From an uncultured Planctomycetia bacterium (GTDB lineage: Bacteria; Omnitrophota; Gorgyraeia; Duberdicusellales; 4484-171), in contig CAZAYU010000004.1 of NCBI GenBank assembly GCA_964489445.1, forward strand, positions 189 to 64,188: a DNA stretch of 64,000 nt, read 5' to 3'. A model generated the notes under the pieces. The model made no database searches. It worked only from the letters and a program-made list of their open reading frames with translations, and was not told the origin of the DNA. The translations under genes were made by a program, and so were the position numbers. Position 1 is the first letter of the stretch. Every line of letters starts with the position of its first letter. Positions 59,512-64,000 of the stretch are shown here, piece by piece.

Positions 59512-61373
59512 TTTATTCTCTTTTTTAAATTTATCTTTATCCATTCCGATAACGATACTGCATCAAGACCATAAAGACTAAACAACTTTTCTCTTTTTCC
59601 GGCTGTGATAAATTCATCAGAGAATCCTTTTATTGTTAAATGAGTTTTGTTCAAAAGATTTTCTTTTTCAAGAAATTCCAATATTGCACTTCCAAATCCA
59701 CAAACTATACTTCCTTCTTCAAGGGTAACGATCATTTTAAATTCTGAAGCTATTTTTTTTAGTAATTGTTCATCCAATGGTTTTATAAAACGTGCATTTA
59801 TTAAAGAGATATTTATATTTTCCTTTTCTAAAAGTTCTGCGCACTTCATAGCTTCTTTAACCATTGAGCCTAAAGCAATCAAACATAAATCTTTGCCTTT
59901 TTTTATTATTTGTGACTCTCCAATTTTTATTGCCTTTCGATGCCCCAGTGAATAAGCTTCTCCTTTTGGGTAGCGAATGCTTACCGGTTGATTAAGAGAA
60001 AAAGAAAATTCCAGCATATCCTCTAATTCTTCTTTATCTTTAGGAGCCATGCAAATCATGCCGGGAATTAACCTTAAGTATCCTACATCAAATAATCCGT
60101 GATGAGTCGGCCCATCTTCTCCGACTGCTCCTGCCCTGTCAACAGCAAAAACAACCCCTAAATTCTGTAAGGCAACATCATGTATTATTTGATCAAAGCT
60201 CCGCTGCAAAAATGTAGAATATATCGCTACTATTGGCATTAATCCTTTTTTTGCTAAACCACTGGCAAACCCCACTGCATGTGCTTCAGCGATACCTACA
60301 TCAAAAAATCTTTTGGGGAATTTATCGGCAAAAAGATATAGCCCGGTACCCTTAGGCATTGCTGCGGTTATTGCCGTTATTTTTTTATTACTCTCTGCTA
60401 AACAAATTAGTTTTTTAGCCAACACTTCACCGAAGACATCACTTCTTTTACGACGCTCATTACCATTCTCAACGTCGAATTTAGATGCACCGTGAAAATA
60501 TTCCGGATCTTCTTCCGAAAATCTATATCCTTTTCCCTTCTTAGTAATTATGTGTAGTATGCGCGGTCCTTTCAGAGAAATAACATTTTTAAAAGTAGGT
60601 ATTAATACGTTTAAATTGTGCCCGTCTATCGGCCCAAAATAACGAAATCCCAACTCTTCAAAGAATATTCCCGGGACTATCAGCCCTTTTATTGTTTCTT
60701 CAAATTTTTTTGCTTTATTAACTAACCTTTTCATAACCGAAAAATGTTTTAAGAAATCATTGAGCTCTTCTCTAATCCGATTATATATGGGTGTTGATAT
60801 TATTTTTACCAAATAATTACTTAATGCCCCCACTGAAGGAGAAATACTCATTTCATTATGGTTAACAACTACTAAAACATCATTTTGTGAATGTCCGCAA
60901 GCATTAAGCGCCTCGAAACACATTCCTCCGGTTAACGACCCATCGCCAATGATTGCTACTGTTTTAGAATCATCCTGTTGTATTTTTTTTGCTTCAGATA
61001 TTCCTTCAGCCCAAGAAACAGCTGTAGATGCATGGCCAGAAGTATACACATCGTATATTGATTCTTGAAAATTAGGAAAACCACTAAGCCCTTTATAATC
61101 TCTTAATTGAGAAAATAAATTCTTTCTTCCAGTAAGGACTTTGTGGGCATAAGATTGATGCCCAACATCGAAAATAATAGAATCAACCGGGGCATTAAGA
61201 CAATAGTGTAAAGATACACATAGCTCAACCGCTCCTAAAGACGAAGCCAAGTGACCTCCTCTTCGCGATACAGCCTCGATGATGAACTCTCTTATTTCCC
61301 GGCTTACAATCTCTAACTCAGCTATGGAAAGTTTTTTTAAGTCTTGAGGATAGTTGATATTATCTAAAAACAT
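59508..61373 (-). CDS. dxs: 1-deoxy-D-xylulose-5-phosphate synthase
   Basis: GGHLASSLG, DVGHQ, GDG, FDVGIAE, DGPTHHG, IRYPKG. Confidence 0.97.
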   Translation of the reverse strand: MFLDNINYPQDLKKLSIAELEIVSREIREFIIEAVSRRGGHLASSLGAVELCVSLHYCLNAPVDSIIFDVGHQSYAHKVLTGRKNLFSQLRDYKGLSGFPNFQESIYDVYTSGHASTAVSWAEGISEAKKIQQDDSKTVAIIGDGSLTGGMCFEALNACGHSQNDVLVVVNHNEMSISPSVGALSNYLVKIISTPIYNRIREELNDFLKHFSVMKRLVNKAKKFEETIKGLIVPGIFFEELGFRYFGPIDGHNLNVLIPTFKNVISLKGPRILHIITKKGKGYRFSEEDPEYFHGASKFDVENGNERRKRSDVFGEVLAKKLICLAESNKKITAITAAMPKGTGLYLFADKFPKRFFDVGIAEAHAVGFASGLAKKGLMPIVAIYSTFLQRSFDQIIHDVALQNLGVVFAVDRAGAVGEDGPTHHGLFDVGYLRLIPGMICMAPKDKEELEDMLEFSFSLNQPVSIRYPKGEAYSLGHRKAIKIGESQIIKKGKDLCLIALGSMVKEAMKCAELLEKENINISLINARFIKPLDEQLLKKIASEFKMIVTLEEGSIVCGFGSAILEFLEKENLLNKTHLTIKGFSDEFITAGKREKLFSLYGLDAVSLSEWIKINLKKRIK

Positions 61374-61478
61374 TTTGCAGGACTTCTTGCGCAATTACAA
61401 CAAATATCATAAATTAAATCCGAAAGATTCTCGTCTCCTGCAGTAAACCAGTGATTTTCTGCAAAGAAGAATAAATAT

Positions 61479-61832
61479 TTATTTTTCAATAATTGCTTTA
61501 ACTAGACTATTAATCACTTCTTGGTTTTCTTGAGAAATTTGATAAAATTCAATACCTGTATCAAACATACGAGGTTGACCGGTAATAGGATTAACCTTTC
61601 CTACAACCCAAACTATCCTTCCTTTACATTTTACAGGATCGGTGTCTAAATATACTTCTAAATCAACAACAGAAGAAATATTTAATTCTTCATTAATAAT
61701 AACCCTCACTCCACCAGCACCGATATTTTCAGTATGCGACATAATCTCGTGTTCCTGGGGGCCATAAATAACTATACGACAAGGAAAATCTGCCCTGATA
61801 AACCGTCTTTTATCTGAATTATTTTCTTTCAT
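61479..61832 (-). CDS. Stand-alone PilZ domain protein
   Basis: RRFIR (RxxxR) and NIGAGG c-di-GMP motifs, GRIVW, GIEF. Confidence 0.88.
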   Translation of the reverse strand: MKENNSDKRRFIRADFPCRIVIYGPQEHEIMSHTENIGAGGVRVIINEELNISSVVDLEVYLDTDPVKCKGRIVWVVGKVNPITGQPRMFDTGIEFYQISQENQEVINSLVKAIIEK

Positions 61833-61846
61833 AGACGTACCTCTTT

Positions 61847-62635
61847 TTATTTATTTAAATCCCTACCGTATTCTACTCTTTTTATAGAAGCTGCTGCTCC
61901 AGTAGCCTCATCGACCTCCACCAAAATCCCTTGCATTCGGATATCATTTTGAGCCAAATTAAATCTTACTGGCATATTAGTAACAAATCTTTCAATAATC
62001 TGGTGCTTTTCTCTTCCTAGTACCGAATCAAAGCTACCAGTCATACCTACATCGGTAATATAAGCAGTAAAGCCATCAATAATTCGCTCGTCAGCTGTTG
62101 GTATATGCGTGTGTGTTCCAGCAACAATGCTTACCTTACCAGAAAGAAAATATCCCATTGCTAGTTTTTCACTAGTTGCCTCTGCATGCATATCTACAAT
62201 AATCACTTTTACTTCTTTTTGAATATCATTTAAAATTTCCTTAACCGCTTTAAATGGGCAATCAGCAGGCTGCATAAACACTCTTCCTAATAAATTAATA
62301 ATCCCTATTTTCAACCCATTTGATTCTTTAATTAGATATCCTCTTCCCTCAGCTAGCTCACCATAATTCAAAGGACGGATAACATCGCTAGTTCTTAAAA
62401 CTTCTTTTGATTCCTTTTTTTTAAAAATATGATCGCCAGTCGTAACTACATCAATACCACTATTAAAAAGATCTTTGGATGTATCCGGAGTTATGCTTGA
62501 TCCTCCAGCAGAATTTTCACCATTAGCAATAATCCAGTCTAACTTTAGTTTATTCCTTAATTCGGGAAGCAATTCTTTAAGATACACCCTGGCAGGCTTA
62601 CCAACAATATCTCCGATAAATAAAATTCTTACCAT
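61847..62635 (-). CDS. ymdB: YmdB-family metallophosphoesterase
   Basis: GDIVG, NGEN, HAEATSEK, GTHTH, TDVGMTG; follows rny. Confidence 0.92.
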   Translation of the reverse strand: MVRILFIGDIVGKPARVYLKELLPELRNKLKLDWIIANGENSAGGSSITPDTSKDLFNSGIDVVTTGDHIFKKKESKEVLRTSDVIRPLNYGELAEGRGYLIKESNGLKIGIINLLGRVFMQPADCPFKAVKEILNDIQKEVKVIIVDMHAEATSEKLAMGYFLSGKVSIVAGTHTHIPTADERIIDGFTAYITDVGMTGSFDSVLGREKHQIIERFVTNMPVRFNLAQNDIRMQGILVEVDEATGAAASIKRVEYGRDLNK

Positions 62636-62687
62636 AATAATTAAGTTATTTTATACCTTATTTTTTCTTTCGCCAAATAAATTATTT

Positions 62688-64000
62688 TTATTTAGCATAA
62701 TCTATTGATCGAGTTTCCCGGATAACAACTATTTTAATATTGCCCGGATAATCCATCTCCTGCTCTAACTTTTTCTTAATGTCATGAGCAAGAAGATTAA
62801 TTTCGTTATCTTTTACCTTGTTCGGATGTACGATAACCCTCACTTCCCTGCCAGCTTGAATTGCAAAACTCTTATCCACCCCTTCAAAAGAATTAGCAAC
62901 TTTTTCTAACTGGGTTAACCGCTTTACGTAAGACTCCAATGTTTCCCTTCTTGCCCCAGGACGTGAAGCTGAAATTGCATCTGATACTAACGCGAGCACA
63001 GAATACAAACTTTTGAATTCTACCTCTTCATGGTGGGATTCAGCTGCATTTATTACTACTTCACTTTCACCATATTTTTTTAGCAAGTCAGCTCCAATCT
63101 GTGCATGTGTACCTTCAACCTGATGATCAATAGCCTTGCCAACATCATGCAAAAGGCCCGCTCGCTTAGCTATTCGAGAGTCAAGTTTTAGTTCTGAAGC
63201 TAATACCCCCATCAAGATTCCTACTTCTTTTGAATGTTGAAGAGCGTTCTGGCCAAAACTTGTACGATATCTCAATTTTCCCAACAGCTTAATCAACTCC
63301 GGATGAAGATTATGGATTCCTACTTCAAAAGCCGCAGATTTTCCTTCTTCTACTATTTTTTTGTCAAATTCTTGTTTAGCTTTTTCGATTACCTCTTCTA
63401 TCCTCGCCGGATGTATTCTACCATCTTGGACTAGTTTTTCTAAAGCAATGCGCGCAATCTCCCGCCTAATCGGATCAAACCCAGAAATACTAACTGCCTC
63501 GGGAGTATCATCAATAATTAAGTCGACTCCACTAATCATTTCAAAAGTCCTTATGTTGCGCCCTTCCCGGCCGATAATTCTTCCTTTTATTTCATCATTA
63601 GGGAGAGGAACTACACTAACTGTACTTTCCGTAGCATGCTCTACAGCACATCTTTGGATAGCACAAGAGACAATCTCTCTGGCTTTACTCTCTGATTCTT
63701 CCTTGATTTCTTCTTCCATCTCTCTAATCATTTTTGCTTTTTCACTACGTAGTTCTTCTTCGTAGCGCCTAAGCAGAAGCTCCCTTGCCTCCTGCGGCGA
63801 TAAGGAAGATATGCTTTTTAATTTTTCCTTTTCTTCTTCAATTAAGCAACTTAAAACTTGCTTATTATCCTTAACCTCCTGCAACATTTTTTTAATGGCT
63901 TCCTCGGATTTACTAATTTCGCTTTCCTTGCCTTCAATAAAACCCAGCCTTCTTTCTAGGTTCTCTTCTCTCTGAGAAATACGTTTTTCTAGCTGAGACA
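62688..64000 (-). CDS. rny: Ribonuclease Y (5' end off window)
   Basis: KH motif [14 protein letters not shown] motif [18 protein letters not shown]; coiled-coil continues to window edge. Confidence 0.96.
   Translation of the reverse strand, partial: SQLEKRISQREENLERRLGFIEGKESEISKSEEAIKKMLQEVKDNKQVLSCLIEEEKEKLKSISSLSPQEARELLLRRYEEELRSEKAKMIREMEEEIKEESESKAREIVSCAIQRCAVEHATESTVSVVPLPNDEIKGRIIGREGRNIRTFEMISGVDLIIDDTPEAVSISGFDPIRREIARIALEKLVQDGRIHPARIEEVIEKAKQEFDKKIVEEGKSAAFEVGIHNLHPELIKLLGKLRYRTSFGQNALQHSKEVGILMGVLASELKLDSRIAKRAGLLHDVGKAIDHQVEGTHAQIGADLLKKYGESEVVINAAESHHEEVEFKSLYSVLALVSDAISASRPGARRETLESYVKRLTQLEKVANSFEGVDKSFAIQAGREVRVIVHPNKVKDNEINLLAHDIKKKLEQEMDYPGNIKIVVIRETRSIDYAK

Overview
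AT-rich (roughly one-third GC by eye) bacterial chromosome segment, almost entirely coded on the minus strand; the only credible plus-strand gene is an RRM RNA-binding protein. Most of it is core genome: tal, glk, ribE, rsfS, trpGDCFBA, murA, prmC, prfA, rpmE, rho, coaE, glgA, polA, secG, tpiA, pgk, gap, tyrS, rpsA, pgm, nadD, proBA, rplU, a minimal SufCB-like Fe-S system with Nfu, gltX, a four-subunit 2-oxoacid:ferredoxin oxidoreductase, dxs, ymdB and rny, plus tRNA-Pro(CGG) and tRNA-Gln(CTG). Gene order and content suggest an anaerobic diderm, possibly Ca. Omnitrophota/PVC (inference only, not verified). The accessory-looking part (about 37.7-55.5 kb) holds a moxR-DUF58-batABCDE operon, a partner-switching signalling module, and PhoBR with a Na/Pi symporter preceded by 11-bp Pho-box-like repeats. 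Most unusual observations: (1) an exported HtrA/DegP-type protease whose PDZ domains are replaced by a small heat-shock (Hsp20/alpha-crystallin) domain; (2) an unannotated monocistronic 38-aa histone H1-like lysine-repeat microprotein; (3) a sigma-less partner-switching module (two STAS proteins, an orphan THI5-like binding protein, and a Cache-HAMP-PP2C-RsbW fusion) directly upstream of the Bat operon, with a G10 tract in one RBS; (4) a candidate ~200-nt structured RNA upstream of polA; (5) an unannotated entericidin-like lipoprotein. I saw no CRISPR array, rRNA, integrase or transposase. All family calls come from motif recognition by eye; no database search was run.
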